Source: Minisyncoccota bacterium
GTDB lineage: Bacteria > Patescibacteriota > Minisyncoccia > Phycocordibacterales > JBAYLF01
Assembly (NCBI GenBank): GCA_041664205.1
Contig: JBAYLF010000002.1
Location: forward strand, 29,690-93,689
Direction of reading: 5' to 3'
Length of the DNA: 64,000 bases
Position numbers and translations under genes: made by a program
Notes under the pieces: model-generated
The model's database searches: none
What the model was told of the DNA's origin: nothing
The model's input: only the letters and a program-made list of their open reading frames with translations
In this document: in pieces, positions 11,828 to 21,967 of the stretch
Layout of the letters: every line of letters begins with the position of its first letter
How positions within the stretch are numbered: the first letter of the stretch is position 1

Positions 11828-13369
11828 TTATTCTGATTTTTGTTTTTCTAGATAATCAACCGATTCTTTGAACTCATTTATCAATGTTGATACTTTTGTT
11901 TCTAATTCTGGACTCAAAACTCCTTTGTCTTGAATTTCTTTCAAAACAGGCGCACCGTAATTTGAAAGATAATTATTTAATTCCTCTTCAAATTGAGAGA
12001 TTTTCAAAACCGGAACATTATCCATGAATCCATTTATCAATGCGTAGAACACAACAACTTGATTTGCAACTGGAACTGGCTTGAATTGATCTTGCTTAAA
12101 TATTTCTATAAGTCGTTTTCCTCTTTCTAGTTTTGATTTTGTATCGGAATCAAGATCTGAACCGAATTGCGCGAATGCGGCAAGTTCTCGATACTGTGCA
12201 GCTTCAAGTCGCATCTTTCCTGCAACTTTTTTCATCGCTTTTGTTTGTGCGGCGCTACCTACGCGAGAAACTGAAAGTCCTGCGTTTACAGCCGGTCTGT
12301 TTCCTTGATAGAAAAGATCAGGTTCCAAATATATTTGACCGTCAGTAATAGAAATTACGTTTGTAGGAATGTAAGCGGAAACGTCTCCGGCTTGAGTTTC
12401 AATAATAGGCAAAGCTGTGATTGATCCGCCTCCATAATTTTTGTTTAATTTACAAGAACGTTCGAGTAAGCGTGAGTGCAGATAAAAAACATCTCCAGGA
12501 TAAGCTTCGCGACCCGGTGGTCTTCTTAGAAGAAGTGAAATTTCTCGATAAGCAACAGCGTGCTTTGATAGGTCATCATAAACGATCAAAACATCTTCTC
12601 CTTTGTCTAAGAAATATTCTGCCATTGCACAACCTGCGTAAGGAGCAACATAAAGAAGTGACGCTGGATCTGCGGCGCTAGCTAGAACAACAGTCGTGTA
12701 TTCCATAGCTTTGTGTTCTGTGAGTTTTGCAACGATACTTGCGATCTTTGCTTCCTTCTGACCTATCGCAACATAAATACATTTCATATTCTGACCTCGC
12801 TGGTTTATTATCGTATCTATTGCAATTGCAGTCTTTCCAATCTGTCTATCGCCGATTATAAGCTCTCTCTGGCCTCGTCCAATAGGTATCATGGCATCTA
12901 TGGCCTTTACGCCAGTTTGAACAGGTTGAGTGACTGATTCACGAGTAATGACGCCAGGCGCGATCTTTTCGATCGGATAAGATTTGTCTGATTTTATTGC
13001 TCCTTTACCATCTATCGGTTCTCCTAAAGAGTTTACGACGCGTCCGATAACAGCTTCGCCAACAGGAACTTCGAAGATTCTTTTTAGTCCCACAACTTCG
13101 TCGCCCTCTTTAATTGTTTTAGGGTCGCCTAAGATGATCGCTCCAACTCTATCTTCTTCGAGGTTTAAAGCCACGCCGTAAATTGAGCCTTCTTCTGTTT
13201 TAAATTCAAGCATTTCAGACATCATGACATCGGAAAGTCCTGATACTCTGGCAATACCATCGCCGGCTTCCATAACATAGCCGACGGTCTGTGATGTTGC
13301 TTCTGATTCTGATTTGAAATCATGAATGCTTTTTCTTAATTCTTTTACGATTGTGTCTTTGTTGATCAT
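11828..13369 (-). CDS. atpA: F1 ATP synthase alpha subunit
   Basis: GDRQIGKT and [21 protein letters not shown] motifs. Confidence 0.99.
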   Translation of the reverse strand: MINKDTIVKELRKSIHDFKSESEATSQTVGYVMEAGDGIARVSGLSDVMMSEMLEFKTEEGSIYGVALNLEEDRVGAIILGDPKTIKEGDEVVGLKRIFEVPVGEAVIGRVVNSLGEPIDGKGAIKSDKSYPIEKIAPGVITRESVTQPVQTGVKAIDAMIPIGRGQRELIIGDRQIGKTAIAIDTIINQRGQNMKCIYVAIGQKEAKIASIVAKLTEHKAMEYTTVVLASAADPASLLYVAPYAGCAMAEYFLDKGEDVLIVYDDLSKHAVAYREISLLLRRPPGREAYPGDVFYLHSRLLERSCKLNKNYGGGSITALPIIETQAGDVSAYIPTNVISITDGQIYLEPDLFYQGNRPAVNAGLSVSRVGSAAQTKAMKKVAGKMRLEAAQYRELAAFAQFGSDLDSDTKSKLERGKRLIEIFKQDQFKPVPVANQVVVFYALINGFMDNVPVLKISQFEEELNNYLSNYGAPVLKEIQDKGVLSPELETKVSTLINEFKESVDYLEKQKSE

Positions 13370-13380
13370 TTTAGTGAATA

Positions 13381-13782
13381 TTATTTAACAATTTGGTTTT
13401 TAAAATTATCTAATTTTTGGCTTAAGCTTAAATTTATTATCTTGTCTCCGTATCTTATGATCGCTCCGCCTAAAATATTTTTGTCTAAATTGTTTTTTAT
13501 TGAAACGGTCTTTGCGCCAGATTCTCTTCTTACATAGTCTTTTATTATTTGAGCGGTTTCTTTATCAATTTCTGAAACTGTCGTTACCTCTGCTTCTTCA
13601 AGTCCATATTTTTTATTCCACGCTTTTTCAAACTCTTTTACTATTTTTTCTCCTAAAGCCAAATCGTTATTTCTTTTTAGAATTAAAAAAAACTTTTTAA
13701 TTATCGTTTTTGTGTCTCCTTCGTTTTTGTTGTAAAGAGATTCCATCAAAATTTCTCCATATTGTCTTGCTGTAATTTTCAT
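13381..13782 (-). CDS. atpH: F1 ATP synthase delta subunit (short form)
   Basis: Located between atpF and atpA; [18 protein letters not shown]-like C-terminus. Confidence 0.88.
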   Translation of the reverse strand: MKITARQYGEILMESLYNKNEGDTKTIIKKFFLILKRNNDLALGEKIVKEFEKAWNKKYGLEEAEVTTVSEIDKETAQIIKDYVRRESGAKTVSIKNNLDKNILGGAIIRYGDKIINLSLSQKLDNFKNQIVK

Positions 13783-13784
13783 TT

Positions 13785-14279
13785 CTACTTTTTATTTGAT
13801 AAGTATCTGATAGTTCCTCTATCGTTTTGGATATCGGGTCGGTTTTGGATAATCTTATTTACAGACAATTTTATAAGATCAGCAATCTCGCCTTTTATCT
13901 CTTTTGCGACTTGAACTCTTTCGCTTTCGATCTTTTCTTTTTCCTGTTTTATAAAATCAGAAACATCTACTTTTGCCTTTTCCATCATATCCTGACTTCT
14001 TTCAACATTTAGTTTATTGGCCTTTTCAATAATCTCAACCGCCTCTTTTCTGGCTTGAGCAATTTGTTCCTGATACTCTTTATTTGTTTGTTCCAATCGT
14101 TCCTCTATTTCTTTTCCTTGTTCCAAACTTTTTGCTATCTTATCGCTACGCTCTTTTAATACATTAAATAGTGGCTTTAAAGCAAAAAAATACAGCACCG
14201 AAAAAGCTACTGCAAAATTAAAAGTTTGAGCGAGCAAAAGTCTGATATCGACGTGAAATGTGTTTATTATACTTTCCAT
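13785..14279 (-). CDS. atpF: F0 ATP synthase subunit b
   Basis: N-terminal TM (AQTFNF...FALKPL) followed by a coiled coil; operon position. Confidence 0.93.
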   Translation of the reverse strand: MESIINTFHVDIRLLLAQTFNFAVAFSVLYFFALKPLFNVLKERSDKIAKSLEQGKEIEERLEQTNKEYQEQIAQARKEAVEIIEKANKLNVERSQDMMEKAKVDVSDFIKQEKEKIESERVQVAKEIKGEIADLIKLSVNKIIQNRPDIQNDRGTIRYLSNKK

Positions 14280-14368
14280 AATAAAAATTAAACAAAATTA
14301 AATAACAGTCTAAAAACGAGAGGCTTAAACTAACTTTAATCACACAAACCTCCCGACATTCAAACTAC

Positions 14369-14494
14369 TAAAGAATTTATGAATTTGGATGCAGTTCGAG
14401 GCGCGAGCGAGGATTGCGACCAAGCTGTAGTAAACCTACTGCGCGGAAGCAAACGAGCGACGCAACGAAGAAATGCGCCAAATACATAAATTCT

Positions 14495-14497
<3 letters not shown>
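14369..14497. repeat. 129-bp MITE-like palindromic element with 13-bp terminal inverted repeats
   Basis: TAAAGAATTTATG (14369-14381) and CATAAATTCTTTA (14485-14497), pairing continues inward; GC-rich core; TA at both ends. Confidence 0.7.
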
Positions 14498-14710
<213 letters not shown>

Positions 14711-14768
14711 TTAATTTAAATTAATAATAAAAATGTTTTAATACTATAAACGATTTCGACTTTTTTTT

Positions 14769-15641
14769 CTAGTGTTCCTCATGCGAGGTCATAACTGTTA
14801 AATAAATCAATATCAATATTGCAAAAATTAGTGCTTGTATAAGTCCGACAAGTATTTCCATAAAAATAAAAGGAATAGGCAGACCAAAGGCAAAAATAGC
14901 AGCCATTGATGCGAGCAAAACCTCACCAGCAAAAATATTTCCAAAAAGCCTAAATGAAAGGCTTATAATTTTTGCAATCTCGCTGATGATTTCTATGAAA
15001 CCGACAAAAAGCTTTATTGGATTAACGATCAAAACCGATGGATCTTTCATGACTTTTTTCGGTATCTCTAAAATAGCTTTAATGTTTATGAATTTATTAA
15101 AATAACTCCAGGCACCCAGAGTAATAATTCCGAAAATATGACTGACGATCACACCGATCAATGCCAGCGCTAGTGTTGTGTTTAAGTCGGCTGTTCCTCC
15201 TCTAAAGAACGGAACAAAAGTCCGTGTGCCGTTTTCTGTTGCCATGAATCCGATAGAACCAACTCCTGGTAAAATACCGAGCCAGTTATTTATCAAAATC
15301 ATAATAAAGAATGTAAAAACCAGAGGAAAGAAAAGCATCGTTCTTTTTCGCGAACCGGTAATAGAATCAAATATTTCAAGAAATTCATCAATTACGACTT
15401 CAAAGATATTTTGAATTCCTTTTGGAACTAGAGAGATCTTTGCACGCAATACAAAACCCATTATTATGACTATTAAAATCATTATCCATGAGTTGATAAG
15501 TGAGTTGGTTATAGGAAAACCTCCAATATTAAAGATTTCTTCTGCATAAAGAGTATGTTCATGTCCAGAAGATTCAGTAGTATGAACCTCTCTTGTTGCT
15601 TCTGTGTTTGTATTATTTAATTGAGCTTCCTGTTCATTCAT
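14769..15641 (-). CDS. atpB: F0 ATP synthase subunit a
   Basis: TADLNTT, SLSFRLFGNIFAGE and LIQALIF motifs. Start MNEQ at 15641 preferred; the ORF extends to 15674. Confidence 0.96.
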   Translation of the reverse strand: MNEQEAQLNNTNTEATREVHTTESSGHEHTLYAEEIFNIGGFPITNSLINSWIMILIVIIMGFVLRAKISLVPKGIQNIFEVVIDEFLEIFDSITGSRKRTMLFFPLVFTFFIMILINNWLGILPGVGSIGFMATENGTRTFVPFFRGGTADLNTTLALALIGVIVSHIFGIITLGAWSYFNKFINIKAILEIPKKVMKDPSVLIVNPIKLFVGFIEIISEIAKIISLSFRLFGNIFAGEVLLASMAAIFAFGLPIPFIFMEILVGLIQALIFAILILIYLTVMTSHEEH

Positions 15642-15754
15642 AAGAATAATTGATTTTGTTATATGAATATACACTATCTTTTAAAATTTTTCAAAATTTA
15701 AGCAAAAAATAAAAAACTTGGGAATATTTCCCAAGTTTAATTTTGTCCGAAAAA

Positions 15755-16285
15755 TTATTGTTTTATTGCCACCCTCGGCAATTTAAATGGTTCGCGAACG
15801 ATTTTTACTCTCGGCGCAAGAATGATTGTTGTTCCTGAAATAACCTCAGAACCTTTTTCATTAATTGCACTACATTTCATTGTTAGCTGAGCCTTCCCTT
15901 TCTTTTCAACGCATTCCACTATAGCAGTGATGGTGTCGCCGATGTAAACCGGAGCTTTAAATTCCAAAGATTGTTTTATTAGAATAGTTCCCAGTCCTGG
16001 AAATTCTGTGCCCATAAGCTTTGAAAATAAAGACATTACAAATGCGCCATGAACTATAGGTCTCTTGAATCTTGTGCCTTCAGCATAAGCCTCATCTAAA
16101 TGAATCGGATTTAAATCACCAGATACTGCTGCAAACATTATAATGTCTTGAGTAGTAAAAAATCTTTTGATCGAATATTTATCTCCGACTGCAATTTCAT
16201 CAGCAGTAACATTGATCGATAAATTAATTCGAGATTGCTCCAAAAATTCTGGAGCGTATGAAACATAATTTTTTGTTTTATTCAT
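15755..16285 (-). CDS. MaoC/PhaJ-like hotdog-fold dehydratase
   Basis: FAAVSGDLNPIHLD...IVHG hydratase motif. Confidence 0.92.
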   Translation of the reverse strand: MNKTKNYVSYAPEFLEQSRINLSINVTADEIAVGDKYSIKRFFTTQDIIMFAAVSGDLNPIHLDEAYAEGTRFKRPIVHGAFVMSLFSKLMGTEFPGLGTILIKQSLEFKAPVYIGDTITAIVECVEKKGKAQLTMKCSAINEKGSEVISGTTIILAPRVKIVREPFKLPRVAIKQ

Positions 16286-16396
16286 TTTATAATTTTTGTT
16301 CTAATAGCAAGAATAAACAAAGGACGATTTTTTGCAAGCAATAAAAAAGCACCGTGTTGAATTAGCAACACGGTGCTTGGTTTTTGTTTCTGATTA

Positions 16397-16840
16397 TCAG
16401 TCACATGAAGAAGATCTGCGACTTACCATAGTGATTAATAAAAGAATTCCACCGATGATTAAACGAGCATAATCCCACTGGTAACCTGCACTTCCATAGA
16501 TTAACGCTGTACTTAGTAAAAAAGCGCTACCAACATAAAGACCACGCCTTACTGCAAAGATGATCAGAGGGACTGCTGAAAACGTACTAGTAATCCCTAC
16601 TATACCTAAGAAAATCCCGATCTTTGGTAGAACTGTTTCAGTATTCATCTGCTTTACTGAAAATCCGCTTATAACCCAAATGAATAATACGATGAGTGCG
16701 AAAATGCTGGCAAAAATAATTGTCCATACAACATACCACTCGTAAAGAAAGTGAGTAGATTTAAGATATACTTCTTCTAATGGAAGCTGTGAAATTACAC
16801 ACAACCAAAAGGAATATAAAAAGCTAATGATTAATCCCAT
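16397..16840 (-). CDS. Hypothetical multi-pass membrane protein
   Basis: Hydrophobic ORF with upstream TTGACA and a downstream hairpin (about 16347-16378). Confidence 0.65.
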   Translation of the reverse strand: MGLIISFLYSFWLCVISQLPLEEVYLKSTHFLYEWYVVWTIIFASIFALIVLFIWVISGFSVKQMNTETVLPKIGIFLGIVGITSTFSAVPLIIFAVRRGLYVGSAFLLSTALIYGSAGYQWDYARLIIGGILLLITMVSRRSSSCD

Positions 16841-16933
16841 ATTTTTCTTTCTTTTTTTCGTTTTTCTTAAGACCTGGTTAATCCAAATCTTTTCTTTTTA
16901 TAAAATACATACAAATGAATTTTTTGTCAAACT

Positions 16934-16961
16934 AAAACTGCGGGCTTTTGCCCGCAGTTTT
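16934..16961 (-). terminator. Intrinsic terminator
   Basis: AAAACTGCGGGC-TTTT-GCCCGCAGTTTT downstream of the SurA-like gene. Confidence 0.7.
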
Positions 16962-16986
16962 ATTGAATTTAGAATATAATTCGATT

Positions 16987-17625
16987 TTAATAACTTACGA
17001 AATGCTTGATAGAAGCTTTTGATTGGAGGTCTTGAATATAACTACCAACCGCAGCATTCATTTTTTGTTGTTGTAATTGAGTTGCAACTTGAGCCTTAAC
17101 AGCTTCCTCTTGTCCTGCTGCAACTGGAACTTTATTGTCCTTTATATATTTTGCAATTTCTTCATCTGTAACCGTTGCTTTGCTAGCTAAAAGTTTTTCC
17201 AATTTCTTTTGAACAGTAAGTTGTTTTTTGAAATCTTCTAAAGTTAGACCTTGTGCTGTTAGAGCTTGATCCAAAGTTCCTCCTTGTGCTTTTATTTGAT
17301 CTTCTACAGTTTTTACACTTGCGTCTATTTCAGAACTGCTTACGGTAATTTTATTTTTTGAAGCTTCGCTGTCTATAAGTTTTTGAACTATGAGAGCACT
17401 TAGAACTTGTTTACCAGAATTTTTCTCAAGCTCTTTGATAACTTCAAGTCGGCTTATAGGAGATCCGTTTACTGTTGCTGCAACTAGTAAACCTTTGTAA
17501 TAAAAGATCACTGCTCCGATTATAAGGATAAGAGCTATGATTACTGCAGTTCTCATATTGAGAAAATTTTTCTTTCCAGCTTCTGCTGGACTATTTTCCA
17601 TTGAAGGATTCATTGATTCGTCCAT
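16987..17625 (-). CDS. SurA N-terminal/PrsA-like foldase, membrane anchored
   Basis: TM followed by VAATVNGSPIS; helical chaperone domain; no parvulin motif seen. Confidence 0.82.
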   Translation of the reverse strand: MDESMNPSMENSPAEAGKKNFLNMRTAVIIALILIIGAVIFYYKGLLVAATVNGSPISRLEVIKELEKNSGKQVLSALIVQKLIDSEASKNKITVSSSEIDASVKTVEDQIKAQGGTLDQALTAQGLTLEDFKKQLTVQKKLEKLLASKATVTDEEIAKYIKDNKVPVAAGQEEAVKAQVATQLQQQKMNAAVGSYIQDLQSKASIKHFVSY

Positions 17626-17792
17626 ATTTTTGAATTAAATTATTTTTTTATAATTAAGACTTTTAATTGTTTTAAAGTATATCACATACGTTTATCAACT
17701 ATCAATACTACAATAAACAAAAACCAATTTTGGTTGGTTTTTGTTTGACAAAACTTGTATTTTCTGTAATTCTGAAATCAGAAAATAATAAA

Positions 17793-18341
17793 ATGAACAG
17801 ACAAAAAAGAACTGCTATTAAAGAAAAATTTAAGAGACAATTAAAATGTAGTCCTGATTTTAAACAAAAAAAGTCTCCAGAGAAGCTCGGATTTACTGAG
17901 GTTGTTTCCAGAATGATTGAACCTGGACACAAAATTACTCATAAACAATTTAGACGCTTATATAGACAAGCATCTGGCTGGAGAGATATCGACTTTCTTG
18001 CTCAAATACTTACTAATAGCAAAGCAGAGGTTGTTTTTTGTGACGGTATTAAAATTTCATCTGGATGTTTGTTTGAACACACATACGGTGAGGATGGTTA
18101 CTGCAAAATCTTTTTACCTTGTTTATGGCGAGGAACATGGAAATACATAGTTTTTCCGCATGAATTATCTTATGAAGAAATAATGGATTTTGTAAAACAG
18201 AAAATTGAACAAGGTAAACCAATCAAACTCACTCGATCAGAAAAGAAAAAATTAAGCAATAAAGTTAAAGTTCAAAACAATCTTTCTCTCACAGAAGTAT
18301 TGAAAAAACTTAAAGAACTTCTGCGATTAAAAATTGTTTAG
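17793..18341 (+). CDS. Hypothetical basic protein
   Basis: ORF 17730-18341; ATG at 17793 preferred because it lies downstream of a TTGACA near 17746. Confidence 0.6.
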   Translation: MNRQKRTAIKEKFKRQLKCSPDFKQKKSPEKLGFTEVVSRMIEPGHKITHKQFRRLYRQASGWRDIDFLAQILTNSKAEVVFCDGIKISSGCLFEHTYGEDGYCKIFLPCLWRGTWKYIVFPHELSYEEIMDFVKQKIEQGKPIKLTRSEKKKLSNKVKVQNNLSLTEVLKKLKELLRLKIV

Positions 18342-18389
18342 TTCTCAAAATCTAGTTTTAATAAGAACAAAGAAAGAAAGGTGGTGATT

Positions 18390-18557
18390 ATGAACGAGTT
18401 TGATGTAGAAGTTAAGATCGTGGCACCTAAATGCGAAGTTTTTGATCAAACAATCAAGATTGAAGCGACTTCGTTGGAAGAAGCGAAAAAAATAGCACGA
18501 GAGAGAGCGCTAGCAGAGTGCGCGCTTACCGGATATTATAGAATTGAAGTGCGGTAA
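18390..18557 (+). CDS. Small hypothetical protein (55 aa)
   Basis: Below the track's size cutoff. SD-like GAAAGGTGGTGA upstream; MNEFDVEVKIVAPKCEVFDQTIKIEATSLEEAKKIARE...; followed by a terminator. Confidence 0.65.
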   Translation: MNEFDVEVKIVAPKCEVFDQTIKIEATSLEEAKKIARERALAECALTGYYRIEVR

Positions 18558-18579
18558 GCTAAATTTAATTCTCGAATTA

Positions 18580-18615
18580 GGTCCTGGCACATTTCGTGCC
18601 AGGACCATTCTTTTT
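18580..18615 (+). terminator. Intrinsic terminator
   Basis: GGTCCTGGCAC-ATTTC-GTGCCAGGACC followed by a T-rich tail. Confidence 0.75.
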
Positions 18616-18632
18616 ATTTAATTGTGTATAAA

Positions 18633-19436
18633 TTACTTTATTAAATTTCGCACGATCTCTTCATCTTCGGGGTTTGTAACACCGAACCATCTATCTTGTG
18701 CGGGATAAATTTTCATTTTTATTTTTCCTTCATTGATAAGAATTGCTAATTCAACAGGAAGCAGACACTCTGCCTTTCTGTCTCCATTGTGAGCTTTTTT
18801 AAAATCAACCAATTTTTCACAAAGAAGATCTAATGTTTCTGGATGCAAAGCAAAAATATTCATACTGCATAGATCATCCGCTGTATTTCTAGTTTGAGCG
18901 AGATTATTTTTTTCTATATTAAAAGTTTCTTCGATATCCTGGACCATATCATTTTCAACTTTAAAGATTCCCCTGTTAGTTTTGCCTTGTTCAGGTATAA
19001 CATCTGAGAGTTTGTAACCTATTGTTGCTTCTTCGTTTTCTTTAGATAAATGATTATGAAGAGTTTCGATGTCTAATTTTCCATAAATATCGTCTCCATT
19101 CATTATAATAAATGGACAATTTACTACGTCTTTTATCGCGCATATTGCATCAATAGTTCCCCACGGCCTATCGCGCTCTGATTCGTCATAATTTTGCAAA
19201 GCGTATTCTACTGGAACACCCTTATATTCATTATTAAAAAAATCTTTGAATGGGGCTTCGGTCTTGTTTCCAACAATAAAAATTATCTTAGAAAATCCTA
19301 AAGGAAGCGCTTCGTTCAAAGAATACTCGATCAGGGTCTCGCCATTCTTGCCGATCCTCGCGAATTGTTTTATTCGTCCGCCGAATCTAGACGATATCCC
19401 AGCACACATATATACAAGAGCTATATTTTTATCCAT
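18633..19436 (-). CDS. Sugar-phosphate nucleotidyltransferase family protein
   Basis: AGISSRFGGRIKQ, RPWGT and NGDDIYG motifs. Confidence 0.88.
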   Translation of the reverse strand: MDKNIALVYMCAGISSRFGGRIKQFARIGKNGETLIEYSLNEALPLGFSKIIFIVGNKTEAPFKDFFNNEYKGVPVEYALQNYDESERDRPWGTIDAICAIKDVVNCPFIIMNGDDIYGKLDIETLHNHLSKENEEATIGYKLSDVIPEQGKTNRGIFKVENDMVQDIEETFNIEKNNLAQTRNTADDLCSMNIFALHPETLDLLCEKLVDFKKAHNGDRKAECLLPVELAILINEGKIKMKIYPAQDRWFGVTNPEDEEIVRNLIK

Positions 19437-19466
19437 AGTCTGTTTTTTATTAATTTTTTAAAATTT

Positions 19467-21533
19467 CTATTTACAATCAACCGAACACATTCCTGATGTT
19501 CTCTCTACTGTATCACAAACTCCATCTCCGCATTTTCCACTACTTTGTTGTTCTTGAGTTGGTGGGGTTGGTGCAGAATGATTTTCAGTAGGCGTATTAT
19601 CAGTTTCTTTTTTTACAATATCACAATCCAATGAACACATTCCAGATGATTTTTCAACAGAATCACAAACTCCATCTCCACATTTCGGATTGCCCTGCTG
19701 TCCTTCCGGTGTTGTTGTGTTGGTGTTATCTTTTGAATTCAGATCGTATCCTCTGCATACATAATAATCTTGCAAATTAAATAAATTTATAAATTCATTC
19801 AGAGTGTGATCTTTCAATATTGTATCACTTGGTTTTATCAGACCGCATATGCAATTTATTTGAGAAGTGTAATTTATAATATCTTTTAATCCAACCACAT
19901 CATCCTTTGACCATATAGGACCATTAATTTTATCCGTTTCCAACCCAGATGCATAGCCTGTATAGCCACCCATGCATTTTGTTACCTTGCCCGTCAAAAC
20001 AAGGGCTTGTTTTTGTTGATCTAGGTCAGATGAACCCGTAAGACCCTTTCCGCTAATACCCTTACTTTCTATTCCAAACAATGAAGCCTTGCCACTTTTT
20101 ATTGCCCTCGCTATAAAAGTGAATATAAGAGTGGACTGTTCGTTTTTATCAAGAGAATATTCCACATGATTGTTCGAGTAGATTCCGTCAATATTTGGAT
20201 TGTTTAAGATCCCATCGTTATTAGTGCCTTGATAGATAAGAATATGGTTTGGATCAAGTGATTTAAATAATGATATAAAAGAATTTCTAGAATTTTCTCT
20301 CACATATTCTCTAAATTCATAGAGATCTTTCCCTTTTTGATTTAGATCTTCTAATTTAACGAAATAGTTTAGTGAAAAATCATCAGGAAAACCTTTCTTG
20401 CTATTTGGGTCTTTTAATAAATTATTCGCATCTGGTATCTTAATATTACTTAAAGATAAAGTTGGATCGCCCCAAGCGCCTCGTAAAGCAGTATCACCCT
20501 TATATTTATTTTTTATCCAAACCTTAAATTCGCTTTGAGAAAAATTTGAGTAGCCGGGTATTTGATCATAAGGAGTTTCTCCCATTAATCCTCCATAAAT
20601 TCCCCTGATTTGCACATAATCCGAATATATATCTTCTCCCGTAGGACCAACGGACGATAACCATCCTATCAATGCAGGATGATCTTTATATCGACTGATA
20701 ACTGCTTTTAGAAATTCTGAATAATCGTTTTGGATTGTTTTGCTTCCCATGCTTGGATAGTTATATTTCCATCCATATGAATCCGTTTCGCATTCTTTGC
20801 ATGTTTTGTAAGGAGTTACAGAATCTTCATCTTTTCGAACCATTAGCATGCCGTTTGTTGCAATTTTTGCTTGAGGCCCGCCATTTTCAGAGATATCAAC
20901 GGCTGGCGTTGCACAAATTAGCTCTTCTTTTGGTTTAGTGCAACACCTTAAATCGCTTTTCGCACAAATTTCTTTAGGAATACATGAAGTAGAAGCATCT
21001 TTTTCAGCAGGAATGCATGGCGTTATTGATTCTGGAGACAAAACATATGGAGGAAAGTCATTTTCTTTTATCCACCATTCAGGGATCATCTTATGCAAAG
21101 CGGGATAGAGTATCACATAAATTCCTTTTTGTTCGGCATAATTCATAGCTTCATCAAAATCTTTAAAATCTAGCGAAGAATCTATGCCATTTGGTCGAAT
21201 TGTTGCTGTGTCTAAATCAGACCACCATACTCGCAACACAAGAGTATTCGCTCCATTTGCGATAGAGTCGACAATTACTTTTTTTGCAGAAATAAGCCAC
21301 TCGCCTTTTTTATAGCTTGTTTCGTTTAGAACTGTTGTGTTGGGATAATAATACCAATCGCTTAATAAAAGTTCCTTTTCTTTTCCGTTAATAAAAATTC
21401 TTGGTATATCATTAACTTTTGCTACGTAGCTTTTTATTGCAGGTGCTTTATTGAAAATTATTTTAGAAACATAAAATCCAACTCCACCCACGAGTAACAA
21501 TAAAACAAAAAAAATCGCAATACGCTTTTTCAT
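19467..21533 (-). CDS. Secreted/anchored TIM-barrel glycoside hydrolase (GH42/GH14-like) with Cys-rich insert and two CGDGVCD repeats
   Basis: N-terminal TM, GANTLVLRVWWSDL, RYKDHPALIGW and FKVWIKNKY..LRGAWG motifs. Start MKKR at 21533 preferred; the ORF extends to 21602. Confidence 0.72.
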   Translation of the reverse strand: MKKRIAIFFVLLLLVGGVGFYVSKIIFNKAPAIKSYVAKVNDIPRIFINGKEKELLLSDWYYYPNTTVLNETSYKKGEWLISAKKVIVDSIANGANTLVLRVWWSDLDTATIRPNGIDSSLDFKDFDEAMNYAEQKGIYVILYPALHKMIPEWWIKENDFPPYVLSPESITPCIPAEKDASTSCIPKEICAKSDLRCCTKPKEELICATPAVDISENGGPQAKIATNGMLMVRKDEDSVTPYKTCKECETDSYGWKYNYPSMGSKTIQNDYSEFLKAVISRYKDHPALIGWLSSVGPTGEDIYSDYVQIRGIYGGLMGETPYDQIPGYSNFSQSEFKVWIKNKYKGDTALRGAWGDPTLSLSNIKIPDANNLLKDPNSKKGFPDDFSLNYFVKLEDLNQKGKDLYEFREYVRENSRNSFISLFKSLDPNHILIYQGTNNDGILNNPNIDGIYSNNHVEYSLDKNEQSTLIFTFIARAIKSGKASLFGIESKGISGKGLTGSSDLDQQKQALVLTGKVTKCMGGYTGYASGLETDKINGPIWSKDDVVGLKDIINYTSQINCICGLIKPSDTILKDHTLNEFINLFNLQDYYVCRGYDLNSKDNTNTTTPEGQQGNPKCGDGVCDSVEKSSGMCSLDCDIVKKETDNTPTENHSAPTPPTQEQQSSGKCGDGVCDTVERTSGMCSVDCK

Positions 21534-21550
21534 AGAATAAATTTCTAAAT

Positions 21551-21934
21551 TTAAAATAAGTAATGTCCAAAAATTAACAGGCCAACTATAAAGGCTATGC
21601 ACGCTGATATAAGCACAGCGCCAGCAGCGACGTCTTTTGTGTCTTTTGCGTAAGGATGATACTCGGGTGATGTAAGATCTATATCTATCTCAATTGCAGT
21701 ATTAAAGGCCTCAGCAACAAAAACTAAACCGATAGCAAAGACCAGTAAAACCCACTCGAGATTTGTAATTTCAAAATAAAAACCGAGAAATACAACTACA
21801 ACAGAAGAAGCAATTTGAATCCATGCATTATGTGTTCTTTTTAAAAATACCCATATTCCCCTGCCAGCATTTACAAAACTTTCTTTTCTTCCCTTGATTG
21901 AAAATGATTTTTTAGTATCAGAATTATTTTCCAT
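21551..21934 (-). CDS. dgkA: Diacylglycerol/undecaprenol kinase family protein
   Basis: EAFNTAIE...KDVAAGAV motif. Confidence 0.9.
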   Translation of the reverse strand: MENNSDTKKSFSIKGRKESFVNAGRGIWVFLKRTHNAWIQIASSVVVVFLGFYFEITNLEWVLLVFAIGLVFVAEAFNTAIEIDIDLTSPEYHPYAKDTKDVAAGAVLISACIAFIVGLLIFGHYLF

Positions 21935-21967
21935 AAATAAAATTATAGCATACCAAATTACCAGCCT

